Assembly (NCBI GenBank): GCA_900617105.1
Contig: UYFQ01000032.1
Span: forward strand, 434,001 to 498,000
Direction of reading: 5' to 3'
DNA from: Hydrurus foetidus
Taxonomy: Eukaryota
Length of the DNA: 64,000 nucleotides
Shown here: in pieces, positions 33,028 through 43,332 of the stretch
How the letters are laid out: the number at the start of each line of letters is the position of its first letter
Position numbering within the stretch: position 1 is the first letter of the stretch
Made by a program: the position numbers and the translations under genes
Notes under the pieces: model-generated
Databases searched by the model: none
What the model was told of the DNA's origin: nothing
Seen by the model: the letters and a program-made list of their open reading frames with translations, nothing else

Positions 33028-33741
33028 ATGATTGACCTGAGCAAAAAAACCGAGATCGTCCTGAAAAAGCGTGGCATCACCCCCATCCCGTCCCAAGTTG
33101 CGCTGGCAGTGGACATTTCAGGCTCAATGCAAGACGAGTACGCCGCAGGCATCGTGCAAGCGGTGGTGGAGCGCTGCTTGGCCGTCGCCATGAAGTTTGA
33201 TACCGACCAACAGCTCGACGTGTGGGTGTTTGACCACCGGCACAGCTACATCGGCAGCGTAACCGCCCAAGGCATCGACGGCTTTGTCGCCCGCGCCATC
33301 ACAGGCAACCGCGCCCTGCCCAAGTTCGGCGGCACAGCCTACGGAGGCGTACTCAAGGCCATTGCCACACACTACTACGGCAAGACGGATGCCAAGCCGG
33401 GATGGCTCGCCAAACTCTGGGGCGGTGAGGCCAAAGCCAACAGTGCCGCTGTGCAAGCCGTAGGTGACACACCCGTCATGGTCTTGCTCATCACCGACGG
33501 CGAAAATTCTGACCGAGCTGCCTTTGAAAAAGCCTTGTTGGACTTGCGGGCGCGGCGGGCCTACGTGCAGTTCGTCGGCATTGGCAACTCCGATTTGAGC
33601 TACCTGGAAGCCGTGGCCCGGGCCGAGCCAAATGCCGGTTTTGTGCAGCTGCGCGAGTTGCGCGGCATTGACGATGAAGCCCTGCTGAGCGCGTTAATCT
33701 CGCCAGAGTTTGCACAGTGGATGGGGTTACAGCGGCGCTGA
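33028..33741 (+). CDS. vWA-domain protein (Ter-associated type)
   Basis: MIDAS DISGSM, GGT, ITDGEN, QFVGIG. Confidence 0.88.
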   Translation: MIDLSKKTEIVLKKRGITPIPSQVALAVDISGSMQDEYAAGIVQAVVERCLAVAMKFDTDQQLDVWVFDHRHSYIGSVTAQGIDGFVARAITGNRALPKFGGTAYGGVLKAIATHYYGKTDAKPGWLAKLWGGEAKANSAAVQAVGDTPVMVLLITDGENSDRAAFEKALLDLRARRAYVQFVGIGNSDLSYLEAVARAEPNAGFVQLRELRGIDDEALLSALISPEFAQWMGLQRR

Positions 33742-33775
33742 ACAACCCAAGCCAGCACAGCGTTTTCAGCACACT

Positions 33776-34774
33776 TTAAGCATCCGCCCGAATCCCCGCA
33801 GCCTTGATGACTTTGCCCCAGCGGATGTAGTCCATCGCTGCGTAAACCTGCATTTGGTCAGGGTCGAGGTAGATAGCTTCTGCGCCTTGGCTGGCGGCGC
33901 GTTCGCGGAAGGCGGCGGTGGCCATGATCTTTTGCACCTCTGCAGCCACCCGGTCTACCGCTGCACGCGGCACCTGCGCCGAGGCATAGAGCGCAAACCA
34001 GCTGGCAACTTCAAAGTCCTTCAAACCCACTTCGGCGGCGGTGGGTACGTTGGGCAAACTGCCCAAACGCTTGCGAGAAGCCACCAACAAAGCGCGGAAG
34101 CGCCCGGTCTGGATATGCGGAATCAAGGGAGGCGCGGTGGTCAAAATCACATCCACTTGGTTTGCCAGCAAATCCGCCACCATCGGGCCGGTGCCTCGGT
34201 AGGGAATGTGCGTCATGAAAATACCGGCCTGCGATTTGAACAACTCTGCCGCCACATGCTGCACCGAGCCATTGCCTGCTGAGGCGTAGTTCAGTTTGCC
34301 AGGGTTGGCTTTGGCGTATTTGATGAGGTCTTGCGTGGTCTTGATGTGCTCTAGCGACGAGCGCACCACCATCACCTGAGGGGCCGAGTAGACATTGCAC
34401 ACGGGCTGCAAATCCTTCATCGGGTCATAAGGCAGTTTGACCAAATGCGGTGTCATCACATTGAACCCCGAGAACGCCATCAGCAGCGTGTGGCCGTCCG
34501 GCTTGGCCGCCAGCACCGCCTGGGCACCCACCGCGCCATTGGCCCCGCCTTTGTTGTCCACCACCACGCTTTGCCCCAGCGCTTTGCCCAGCGGCTCTTG
34601 CAAGGCGCGGGCACAAATATCGGCCGTGCCACCAGCAGGTGCAGGCACCACCACCATCAGCGTGCGCTCAGGAAACCCGGCAGCATGCGCCCAAGGGGCA
34701 CCCATGCTGGCGGCGGCTGTTACCGCAGTGGCTGCGGTGGTCGTGACGAAACGGCGGCGAGAAAAAGAAGTCAT
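33776..34774 (-). CDS. Bug/TctC tripartite tricarboxylate transporter substrate-binding protein
   Basis: Tat-like SRRRF signal; PAGGTAD, PDGHTL, HIPYRG. Confidence 0.93.
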   Translation of the reverse strand: MTSFSRRRFVTTTAATAVTAAASMGAPWAHAAGFPERTLMVVVPAPAGGTADICARALQEPLGKALGQSVVVDNKGGANGAVGAQAVLAAKPDGHTLLMAFSGFNVMTPHLVKLPYDPMKDLQPVCNVYSAPQVMVVRSSLEHIKTTQDLIKYAKANPGKLNYASAGNGSVQHVAAELFKSQAGIFMTHIPYRGTGPMVADLLANQVDVILTTAPPLIPHIQTGRFRALLVASRKRLGSLPNVPTAAEVGLKDFEVASWFALYASAQVPRAAVDRVAAEVQKIMATAAFRERAASQGAEAIYLDPDQMQVYAAMDYIRWGKVIKAAGIRADA

Positions 34775-34902
34775 TCAAAAACCCTCGGTGTGATGTTGTG
34801 TAGCGGGACTGTAATCGAACTTACGCTGCACCTGCTGCGTTGGCGACGCGGGCCATGCTGACCACGCTTTATGATGAAAAACTACGCCACAGGTACTTTT
34901 TC

Positions 34903-35748
34903 ATGAACGATCTCCACTGCTTTACCCTGACCCAAGACCAGCACATCGCCCACCTTGTGCTCAACCGCCCCGAAGCGCTCAACACGATGGGCCCCGTCTT
35001 TTGGCGCGAACTCGACGAGGTGCTGACCCACATCCACAAAGCCGGCACCGCCCGCGCCTTGGTGATTTCCAGCACCGGCAAACACTTCAGCGCGGGCATG
35101 TCGCTGGACACGTTTGGCGGCGCGATCACGATGGACGACCACAGCCCCGAAGGCCGCGCGGCCATTGTGGATTCGCTGGCGGAGCTGCAAGCCACCTTCA
35201 CCAAACTGGAAACCCTGCGCATCCCCGTCATCGTGGCCCTGCACGGCGGCTGCATCGGTGGTGCCGTGGACATGGTGACGGCCTGCTGCATCCGCTACGC
35301 CACCGCAGACACCTTCTTTTGCATCCAGGAAATCAACATCGGCATGGTGGCCGACGTAGGCACGCTGCAACGCCTGCCTAAGCTGATCCCCATGGCAGTG
35401 GTGAAAGAGCTGGCCTACACCGGACGGCGCTTATCGGCGCAAAAAGCGCTGGGTTACGGGCTGGTGAACGAGGTGTTCGACACGGCAGAGGCTTGCCTGG
35501 CAGCCGCCATGCAGTGCGCCAAAGAGATCGCCGCCAAGCCGCCAGTGGCGATTTGGGGCACCAAGCAAGTCATCCACTACACCCGCGACCACAGCACTGA
35601 AGACAGCCTGAAACAAATGGGCTGGGTGCAAAGCGCCATCTGGAGCAACGCGCATGTGCGCGAAGCGGTGACGGCGATGAAGGAAAAGCGAGCAGGGAAT
35701 TTTCCGGGGCTGACGGGGTTGAAAGCGTTTGGGGAAATTGACGGTTAA
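34903..35748 (+). CDS. Enoyl-CoA hydratase/isomerase family protein
   Basis: LNRPEALN, FSAGM, HGGCIGGA, ADVGTLQRLP. Confidence 0.92.
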   Translation: MNDLHCFTLTQDQHIAHLVLNRPEALNTMGPVFWRELDEVLTHIHKAGTARALVISSTGKHFSAGMSLDTFGGAITMDDHSPEGRAAIVDSLAELQATFTKLETLRIPVIVALHGGCIGGAVDMVTACCIRYATADTFFCIQEINIGMVADVGTLQRLPKLIPMAVVKELAYTGRRLSAQKALGYGLVNEVFDTAEACLAAAMQCAKEIAAKPPVAIWGTKQVIHYTRDHSTEDSLKQMGWVQSAIWSNAHVREAVTAMKEKRAGNFPGLTGLKAFGEIDG

Positions 35749-35752
35749 ACCC

Positions 35753-36649
35753 TTACTGCCTTGCCATCCGCACATTCCCAGGCAGCGCCATCGGGTGGCT
35801 GGTGCGGAAGGGGTTGATGTCCAGCCCGCCGCGCCGGGTGTAGCGGGCGTAGACGGCCAGCTTGACCGGCTGGCAGCGTGTCCAGATGTCCATGAAGATG
35901 CGCTCGACGCATTGCTCATGGAATTCATTGTGGTTTCTGAAGCTCACCAAATACTGCAACAGCCCCGCTTGCTCGATCTGCGGGCCGCTGTAGGCGATTT
36001 GCACGCTGGCCCAGTCGGGCTGGCCGGTGACCAGGCAATTGCTTTTGAGCAGGTTGCTGGTCAGCGTCTCAGACACAGGCAGTTCGTCTAACGCTGCGCT
36101 CAACAGCTCGGGCGCGGGGGTGTAGTGCTGGCACTCGATGTCCAGCCTGTCCAGGCTCAGGCCGTCCATTTCGTGCACGGGTTCGCGGTCGAACATCTCG
36201 GGCAGCAACATTTTGACCCCCACAGAAGCCTTCATCAACCCGCCGTGCCAGATGGCGGCGCTGATGTCGGTGCGGATGCGCTGTTGCACCTCGGCGGCAT
36301 CGGTGAACGGTGTGTTGTTGAAGCTGTTCAGGTAGAGCTTGAACGATTTGCTCTCCACGATGTGCGTGGACTCTGCGGGGATGGTGATGTGGGCCAGCGC
36401 CACCTGGGGTTTGCCTTTGCGGTTCAGCCAACTCAGCTCAAACGCCGTCCACATGTCAGCCCCAAAGAACGGTGCGGTGTCGCCCTGCACGCCAATCTCG
36501 GCGCGTTTGGGTGCACGAGGGATGGGGAAGAGCAGTGACGCATCGTACTTGTCAATGTAGGCAGCAGGCTTGCCTAGCGGGGAATCCATAGGGGAATCCG
36601 CAGGCGAGTTCAAAGGGTCGTTGAGTGGGTTGTGAAGAGGGTCGTTCAA
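35753..36649 (-). CDS. queF: NADPH-dependent preQ0 reductase (bimodular)
   Basis: [47 protein letters not shown]. Start uncertain. Confidence 0.97.
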   Translation of the reverse strand: MNDPLHNPLNDPLNSPADSPMDSPLGKPAAYIDKYDASLLFPIPRAPKRAEIGVQGDTAPFFGADMWTAFELSWLNRKGKPQVALAHITIPAESTHIVESKSFKLYLNSFNNTPFTDAAEVQQRIRTDISAAIWHGGLMKASVGVKMLLPEMFDREPVHEMDGLSLDRLDIECQHYTPAPELLSAALDELPVSETLTSNLLKSNCLVTGQPDWASVQIAYSGPQIEQAGLLQYLVSFRNHNEFHEQCVERIFMDIWTRCQPVKLAVYARYTRRGGLDINPFRTSHPMALPGNVRMARQ

Positions 36650-36670
36650 GGCAAAGTCCAGCGCCGCGCT

Positions 36671-37567
36671 TTACGCGGCTTGCATATGGGGAATGGCGTG
36701 GCGCAGCACATGCTCAACCACACCGGGGGGTAGATCATGCCCCATGCCGTCGATGCCGATGAACTTGGCACCGGGGATGCGGCGGGCGGTGTCTTCGCCG
36801 TGCGAAAAAGGCACCAGCGCATCGGCGCGGCCATGCAGCACCAAGGTGGGCGTTTTGATGCGGTTCAACTCGCGGGCACGCTTGTCGGTATCGGCACCGA
36901 TGGCCACCATCTGGCGCAGCGTGCCCACCGGGTGGTAGCTGCGCTTCAATCCCACCATGATGCGCTCGCGCTGGGCCGCAGGTTCCACCGAAAAACCGGG
37001 GCTGCCAATCAGGCTGTACAGCTTGACGTAATGGTCCACGATGGCTTCCAGGCTTTTGCCTTCGGGGCGGCTGAACAGCGCGCGCATCACTTTGCCCTCA
37101 GCAGCAGGCAGGCCACGTGCGCCGCTGGAGCTCATGATGCTGGTCAGGCTCAGCACCTTGTCAGGGGCCGCAAGCGCCACGCGCTGAGCGATCATGCCGC
37201 CCATAGAGACACCGACGATGTGGGCTTTGGGCACCTTCAGTGCGTCCAACACGCCCACGGCATCGAGCGCCATGTCATGCAGGGAATACGCGGCATCGGG
37301 TGACAAACCGAGTTTGATTTTGATGGATGCCCAAATCACATTGGGTGCGCCTTGGTCGTCAAAATGCTGCGACAAGCCGATGTCGCGGTTGTCATGGCGA
37401 ATCACCCGGTAGCCCGCCTTCACCAAAGCATCGACCATCGCCGGGGGCCACGCCACCAGCTGCATGCCCAGCCCCATGATGAGCAAGACCACAGGGCGAC
37501 CCGCCTGTGAGCCGTCTGCGCCGGTGTCTTCGACTTCGATATCAATGCCGTTTGCTCTGATTTTCAT
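36671..37567 (-). CDS. Alpha/beta hydrolase
   Basis: DNRDIGLS, GVSMGG nucleophile elbow, HGRAD, MGHD. Confidence 0.92.
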   Translation of the reverse strand: MKIRANGIDIEVEDTGADGSQAGRPVVLLIMGLGMQLVAWPPAMVDALVKAGYRVIRHDNRDIGLSQHFDDQGAPNVIWASIKIKLGLSPDAAYSLHDMALDAVGVLDALKVPKAHIVGVSMGGMIAQRVALAAPDKVLSLTSIMSSSGARGLPAAEGKVMRALFSRPEGKSLEAIVDHYVKLYSLIGSPGFSVEPAAQRERIMVGLKRSYHPVGTLRQMVAIGADTDKRARELNRIKTPTLVLHGRADALVPFSHGEDTARRIPGAKFIGIDGMGHDLPPGVVEHVLRHAIPHMQAA

Positions 37568-37733
37568 AGCTGTTTACGCCCGTATAGATTGCGGATAGAT
37601 GAGATTTGGTTGGATTCACACGAACGCGGCTGCTCGCGGTAATCCATCACACAAGAATACGGCGTTACCGCACTTAGGGGTTATCGCCAAGTTGACATGG
37701 GGGCTATGCATTCAGAGCGCGGAGGGCGCAGTG

Positions 37734-39728
37734 CTATCGAATATCCTCGACAACGCCATTCATCTTGAACACCGCCACGGTCTGTACCAAGTCCTGCGCT
37801 TGCGATTTCAGGCTGCTGGCGGCGGCGGCCATCTCTTCCACCAATGCGGCGTTTTGCTGCGTTACCTGATCCATCTGATTGACAGCTTCGCCCACTTGAG
37901 CCACGCCCAAAGCCTGTTGGTTGCTAGCAGCACTGATCTCTCCCATGATCCCGGTCACGCGCTGGATGCTGCTCACCACCTCAGCCATAGTCACACCAGC
38001 CTGGTCAACCAACTGCGTACCATGTACCACGCGCTCGACACTGGCATGGATAAGGATTTTGATTTCCTTAGCAGCGTCAGCAGAGCGACCAGCCAGTGAC
38101 CGCACTTCGCTGGCGACCACAGCAAAACCACGACCCTGTTCACCAGCGCGCGCAGCTTCCACTGCGGCATTGAGCGCCAAAATGTTGGTCTGGAACGCAA
38201 TGCCGTCGATGACACCAATGATGTCGGAGATTTTGCGAGAGGCATCATTGATGCCTCTCATAGTCTCCACCACCTGGCTGACAACCTCACCACCCTGGAC
38301 TGCGACGGTCGAAGCGCTCATCGCCAATTCGTTCGCTTGGGCGGCGCTGTCGGCGTTTTGCTTGACGGTCGAACCCAGTTCTTCCATGGAAGCAGCGGTT
38401 TGCTCCAGCGCACTGGCTTGCTGCTCGGTACGACTTGAAAGATCATGGTTGCCAGATGCAATCTCGGCGCTGCCCGTGGCCACGCTCTGTGCGCCCTGGC
38501 GCACAGACTGCACCACCCCAGCCAAGTCACGGCCAATTTGGTTCATGGCCAGCATCAAATCACCGACTTCATCGTGATTGATCACTTGGAGTTCACGCGT
38601 GAGGTCGCCCTGCGCAATGGCTTGTGCCACAGCGCTGGCCTGACCCAGCGGCACAACCACCATGCGCCGAATTAACACGTACATCACGCCTGAAACCAGT
38701 AATACCATCAATGCGCCAAGACCCGCAAACAACTTGAACAGGTCACGCACCTCCTGGGTGTACTCATCGACATAGGTACCACCAGCGATGACCCAGTTCC
38801 AATTTTCGAACGTTGTGAACGCCACCACTTTGTCACGGGGACTGGTTTCGCCCAACTCTTTGTTGAGCCAGGGGTAGCGAATGAAACCATTTTGTCTGTC
38901 CAAAATTTCCTTGATGAATTCGCGTCCGCTCGCATCTTTGGAAGAGAGAATGTTTTTCCCCTCAAGCGCAGGGTGAACAATCAGGTTACCCAGGTTAGCT
39001 CCCGGGCGCGTATCGAGCACATAAAAGTAGCCAGTTTTGCCGATTTTCATGGCGTGCAGCGTGCTTTTCAGCGTCGCCATGTACATCGAAAAATCAATGC
39101 CCACATAGCTCAAACCAATGACTTTGCCCTGTGCATCCTTGATCGGGTCATAGGCCGTGATGTACGGTTTGCCAAACAAGGTTGCCAACCCGACATAGTT
39201 ACCGCCTTCCAGCACCGCTTTATAGCCTGGGTGGGCGCGGTCCAGCAGGGTGCCGATGGCGCGCTCGCCTTTTTCATTCTGTACGGAGGTGGAAACCCGC
39301 ACAAAATCATCGCCAGTTTTGGCAAACACCGTGGCAGTGGCTGCAGTGATTTCGGTGAAATGATCCGGTAGTGAGAAATCAAGGTTGACCACCTTGCCAT
39401 TGCGCTTCAGCGTGGGGGTCGGCATGCCCTTGATATCGACCGTGGTGGTGGCATCAAGCTCAAACTGCCCCTTTAAATCGTTTTGAAAAGATTTGGCCAT
39501 GAAGGCGATGCGCATTCGCATATCCTTGTCAGCACTCGCTATCAGATCAACCACCAGCTTGGTTTTTTCGCTCAATTCCGAGTTGGCTCGGGCCTCAATC
39601 GTGCTAAAGACAAAATAGGTAACCGCTGCAATAAAGGTAGCGAAGACGAGGCTCACCAACAAGAGATTACTCAACACCAGTTTGGTACTAAGGCTAGTTT
39701 TTTGCCCGTTGGGCAGGTTTTGTGGCAT
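37734..39728 (-). CDS. Methyl-accepting chemotaxis protein with Cache sensor domains
   Basis: Two TM helices, Cache region, [34 protein letters not shown]. Confidence 0.96.
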   Translation of the reverse strand: MPQNLPNGQKTSLSTKLVLSNLLLVSLVFATFIAAVTYFVFSTIEARANSELSEKTKLVVDLIASADKDMRMRIAFMAKSFQNDLKGQFELDATTTVDIKGMPTPTLKRNGKVVNLDFSLPDHFTEITAATATVFAKTGDDFVRVSTSVQNEKGERAIGTLLDRAHPGYKAVLEGGNYVGLATLFGKPYITAYDPIKDAQGKVIGLSYVGIDFSMYMATLKSTLHAMKIGKTGYFYVLDTRPGANLGNLIVHPALEGKNILSSKDASGREFIKEILDRQNGFIRYPWLNKELGETSPRDKVVAFTTFENWNWVIAGGTYVDEYTQEVRDLFKLFAGLGALMVLLVSGVMYVLIRRMVVVPLGQASAVAQAIAQGDLTRELQVINHDEVGDLMLAMNQIGRDLAGVVQSVRQGAQSVATGSAEIASGNHDLSSRTEQQASALEQTAASMEELGSTVKQNADSAAQANELAMSASTVAVQGGEVVSQVVETMRGINDASRKISDIIGVIDGIAFQTNILALNAAVEAARAGEQGRGFAVVASEVRSLAGRSADAAKEIKILIHASVERVVHGTQLVDQAGVTMAEVVSSIQRVTGIMGEISAASNQQALGVAQVGEAVNQMDQVTQQNAALVEEMAAAASSLKSQAQDLVQTVAVFKMNGVVEDIR

Positions 39729-39939
39729 CGATTGAATTTCAATTTTGGTTTGTCACAACGGTTATAACGCATAAATACAATGGCACACAAAACCATGACA
39801 GGTAGCTGGTTGAACGGGGATAAGCACGCTGACTCTTGTGCAGGCCGTCTTAAAAATGAAACCTTGACCTGCCGTGAACGTCATCAATACAGCACCCACG
39901 CCTACAACCATTGCGGAGCAATGCACATCTCCACCACCA

Positions 39940-41142
39940 TCACCAGCTCACCTCTCTGTCAGGCGACGCACTGATTTTGTGGATGGAAAGGTCAGCCCCG
40001 TCGTACTCTTCTTCTTGGCTCAGCCGCAACCCCAGGGTCACTTTGAGCAGGCCATAGACCACCAGCCCACCGATCAAGGCCCAAGCCACGCCCATCGCCG
40101 TGCCGATAAACTGCGCCCCCAGCGAGACACCGCCTAAACCGCCCATCGCCTTGGTGCCAAAAATGCCTGCGGCGATGCCACCCCAGGTGCCGCACAGCCC
40201 GTGCAGCGGCCAAACGCCCAGCACGTCATCAATTTTCCATTTGTTTTGTGTCAGCGTGAACATGACAACAAAGATGCCACCGGCCACCGCCCCCACCACC
40301 AAAGCGCCCAGCGGGTGCATCAGGTCAGAGCCTGCACACACCGCCACCAACCCGGCCAGCGGGCCGTTATGCACAAAGCCAGGGTCATTCTTGCCAATCA
40401 CCAGCGCGGCCAGCGTACCGCCCACCATCGCCATCAGCGAGTTCACTGCCACCAGACCGGAAATTTTGTCCAGCGTTTGCGCACTCATCACATTGAAGCC
40501 AAACCAGCCCACGGTCAGCACCCAGGCACCTAGCGCCAGAAAAGGGATGCTCGATGGCGGATGCGCCGAAATACCACCGTCCTTGCGGTAACGGTTGGAG
40601 CGGGCCCCCAACAGCACCACAGCCGGTAACGCAATCCAGCCGCCCAGGGCATGCACCACCACGCTGCCCGCAAAGTCGTGAAACTCTTCCCCCGTCAGCC
40701 CCTTGATCCAGGCCTGCACGCCAAAGTGCTGGTTCCACACAATGCCCTCAAAGAAGGGGTACAAAAAACCCACAATCACCGCCGTGGCAATCAGTTGCGG
40801 CCAAAACTTGGCCCGCTCGGCAATCCCCCCCGAAATGATGGCCGGAATGGCGGCGGCAAACGTCAGCAAAAAGAAAAACTTGACCAACTCATAGCCATTT
40901 TTAGCCGCCAACACCTCCGCACCGACAAAGAAACTGGTGCCATACGCCACGCTGTACCCCACCACAAAGTAGACAACGGTGGACACCGAAAAGTCCACCA
41001 AAATCTTGACCAACGCATTGATCTGGTTCTTGCTGCGTACCGTGCCAAGCTCCAGAAACGCAAAACCTGCGTGCATGGCCAGCACCATGACAGCGCCGAG
41101 AAGGATGAACAAGGTGTCTGCGCCCTGTTTTAGTGCTTCCAT
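39940..41142 (-). CDS. amt: Ammonium transporter (Amt family)
   Basis: GFAFLELG, SGGIAER, HDFAGSVVVH, GWFGFN, IDDVLGVWPLHG. Confidence 0.95.
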   Translation of the reverse strand: MEALKQGADTLFILLGAVMVLAMHAGFAFLELGTVRSKNQINALVKILVDFSVSTVVYFVVGYSVAYGTSFFVGAEVLAAKNGYELVKFFFLLTFAAAIPAIISGGIAERAKFWPQLIATAVIVGFLYPFFEGIVWNQHFGVQAWIKGLTGEEFHDFAGSVVVHALGGWIALPAVVLLGARSNRYRKDGGISAHPPSSIPFLALGAWVLTVGWFGFNVMSAQTLDKISGLVAVNSLMAMVGGTLAALVIGKNDPGFVHNGPLAGLVAVCAGSDLMHPLGALVVGAVAGGIFVVMFTLTQNKWKIDDVLGVWPLHGLCGTWGGIAAGIFGTKAMGGLGGVSLGAQFIGTAMGVAWALIGGLVVYGLLKVTLGLRLSQEEEYDGADLSIHKISASPDREVSW

Positions 41143-41298
41143 ATGAACCTCTTTGGATGAATTGATTTGTATTGGTGCGTTTTTTTGGAAAATCCCAAAA
41201 ATGCACCAAAATAAAGCAAAAACCGCGCCAGACCACGGAAGCATCCAAAATGAGGCAGGGCGGCAGCAAGCCCCTCCACGCTCAAGGAGAATAGGCCC

Positions 41299-41850
41299 AT
41301 GAAAACTTTCAGCATCGCACTCTGGGTCTGTCTGGCCGGGTCAACCGCCTTCGCACAGCCCAGCCCACTGACCCCCATCGCCTCCTTGGATGTCCCCAAG
41401 TACATGGGCACCTGGTTTGAAATTGCCAAGTACCCCAACAAGTTTCAGAAAAAATGCGTCTCCGACACCCAAGCTGACTACCGCCTTCAGGCAGCGGGCA
41501 CCGTGCAGGTCATCAACCGCTGCCGAAAAGAAAACACCGAAACAGACGAAGCCATCGGCGAAGCCCGGCAAACAGGCGCAGCCACATCCCCCCAACTGCA
41601 AGTCCGTTTCGCCCCCGCGTGGCTGTCATGGCTGCCCTCGGTTTGGGGCGATTACTGGGTTATAGATTTGGACAGCGATTACCAACTCGCTGCGGTGAGT
41701 GAGCCCAAACGCGCGTACTTGTGGATTCTGTCCCGCAAACCCACCGTCAGCGCCGAGGCTTACGCGGCGCTGCTGGGGCGCTTGAAGGCGCAAGGGTTTG
41801 ACTTGGACAGGCTGGAGCGGACAGCACACACCAGCCCCGTACGCCCCTGA
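41299..41850 (+). CDS. blc: Bacterial lipocalin
   Basis: YMGTWFEIA, YWVIDLDSDY, LWILSR. Confidence 0.92.
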   Translation: MKTFSIALWVCLAGSTAFAQPSPLTPIASLDVPKYMGTWFEIAKYPNKFQKKCVSDTQADYRLQAAGTVQVINRCRKENTETDEAIGEARQTGAATSPQLQVRFAPAWLSWLPSVWGDYWVIDLDSDYQLAAVSEPKRAYLWILSRKPTVSAEAYAALLGRLKAQGFDLDRLERTAHTSPVRP

Positions 41851-41909
41851 TGCCAGAGGCCACCAGCACGAAAAGCGCAGAAAATAGCGCTTTAGACCAT
41901 GAAACCCTT

Positions 41910-42119
41910 ATGAATCAACCCCTTGCCCACGCCGAACTCATCGCCACTTTCAGAGGGGCGCAAGCCGATGCCGCTCACAAATTCGGATTGATCAAAACCG
42001 TTGAAAAAAAAGGCCCCAAGGCTATTCAAACGGCCATCGAAACTGCGGCAAAGGCAGCGAAACGCAGGGATGCGTATGCCAAAAAGCTGGGGGGTTTGGG
42101 GGTTCGCTTCGAGGATTGA
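41910..42119 (+). CDS. Small hypothetical protein
   Basis: 69-aa Ala/Lys-rich helical ORF filling the intergenic space; no family recognised. Confidence 0.55.
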   Translation: MNQPLAHAELIATFRGAQADAAHKFGLIKTVEKKGPKAIQTAIETAAKAAKRRDAYAKKLGGLGVRFED

Positions 42120-42163
42120 GTGGGTTTCAGTAGCTGCACGGCTGAACAGCATTACAGCCCGCA

Positions 42164-42958
42164 ATGAAGAGGGCTATCGGCGACACTCCTGCTCACGCCG
42201 TGCCGCACACCATCATGCCGACAGTCAAACAACACCAGAACATGTACATCCAAATCAATCTCCCCCTGACGGGAGAGTGGAAGGTCGATCAGGCCACCGT
42301 TAAAGAAATTGCAGAGACACCAACGACAGCAGCGCAGATCGGTGAACTTCCGCAAGTGATCCTGGCCTTATTCAATCGCCTAACGCACGGAACTCCTTCG
42401 GAGCCAAACTATCCAGAACGATCAGGTCTTGCTCGCAAGGTTCACGACGAACTATTCCCGATTGCTCACTTCGCAAGATTGCACTTCGATGCATCTCGCA
42501 ACGTCTCAATCAGCTGGCACCTCGGAAACCAAAACTTCGACGCGACTATCGAGGATCAACGCGCAGATCCGAAACGATCAAGCATTCGATACTTGGAAGT
42601 CACGACCCTTCAGGACTGGGATGATGCAAAGATGCTTCAGCGGCTGTCCAAGGAGGAATCCATCACAATTGAAAGCGACCAAGGGCAAGCGAGTCATCTT
42701 CAGAAGGTCGATTTGCTCAGGAAGGCACTGCAAAACAAGGGAATGAAGGTCTATCCACCCGACACTGCCCTGCTGGTCTACACCGATGAAGATAGATTTG
42801 CTCAGTTTTCGTTCGGAATGCCACCGTGCGTAATCGATAAGAAGAATAGTTTCGGGGCGGTACTCGACGAGATGATTCACCTCCTCGGACACTTCTCTGA
42901 GATCTTCGTGTACAGCAAGAAAGAAATTTACTGCGCACGTCAGCTACGCACGAAATAG
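42164..42958 (+). CDS. Hypothetical protein, possible PD-(D/E)XK nuclease-like fold
   Basis: 264-aa ORF with atypical codon usage; NFDATI...YLEVTT spacing. Start may be a later ATG (42242). Confidence 0.55.
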   Translation: MKRAIGDTPAHAVPHTIMPTVKQHQNMYIQINLPLTGEWKVDQATVKEIAETPTTAAQIGELPQVILALFNRLTHGTPSEPNYPERSGLARKVHDELFPIAHFARLHFDASRNVSISWHLGNQNFDATIEDQRADPKRSSIRYLEVTTLQDWDDAKMLQRLSKEESITIESDQGQASHLQKVDLLRKALQNKGMKVYPPDTALLVYTDEDRFAQFSFGMPPCVIDKKNSFGAVLDEMIHLLGHFSEIFVYSKKEIYCARQLRTK

Positions 42959-43029
42959 TCTATTCCCGGCTACCTCCAACGAAGAAAGCTATCCCGAACG
43001 CCTGCTTCCGCTGCACAGCAAACGCCCCT

Positions 43030-43198
43030 TCAAACAAACTCCCGCTCCCACAGCCACTTCGCAGCAATCCACTTCTCCCCCGCGATCATCGGCGCACCGC
43101 CATGCAGGCTTTTAGTCGAGGGATGCGCCTTGTCGTAGCTGAAAAACACCGCGTTCCCGCGCTTGGGGGCGATCTCTAGGCTGACATCGAGGAAGGTG
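43030..43198 (-). pseudogene. Duplicated 3' end of the 2OG-Fe(II) oxygenase gene (direct repeat of 45301-45469)
   Basis: 169 nt matching 45301-45469 with about 8 substitutions counted by eye; includes the stop codon. Confidence 0.92.
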
Positions 43199-43332
43199 CC
43201 GGGCTCTGCGTTCTGACAGGCTTTGATCAGCTTGCTACCTTGGCTGAAACCCCATGCGTAACGAAAATAACTCAATAATTTGCTTAAAAAGCGCATAATA
43301 TTGATATATTTTTATATTTATAGGTAAATGCA

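Noticed and set aside
43030..43296. 88-aa ORF ending like a 2OG-Fe(II) oxygenase
   Set aside because: Chimera of the duplicated 3' fragment and unrelated upstream sequence; it lacks the HxD motif, so it is treated as a remnant.
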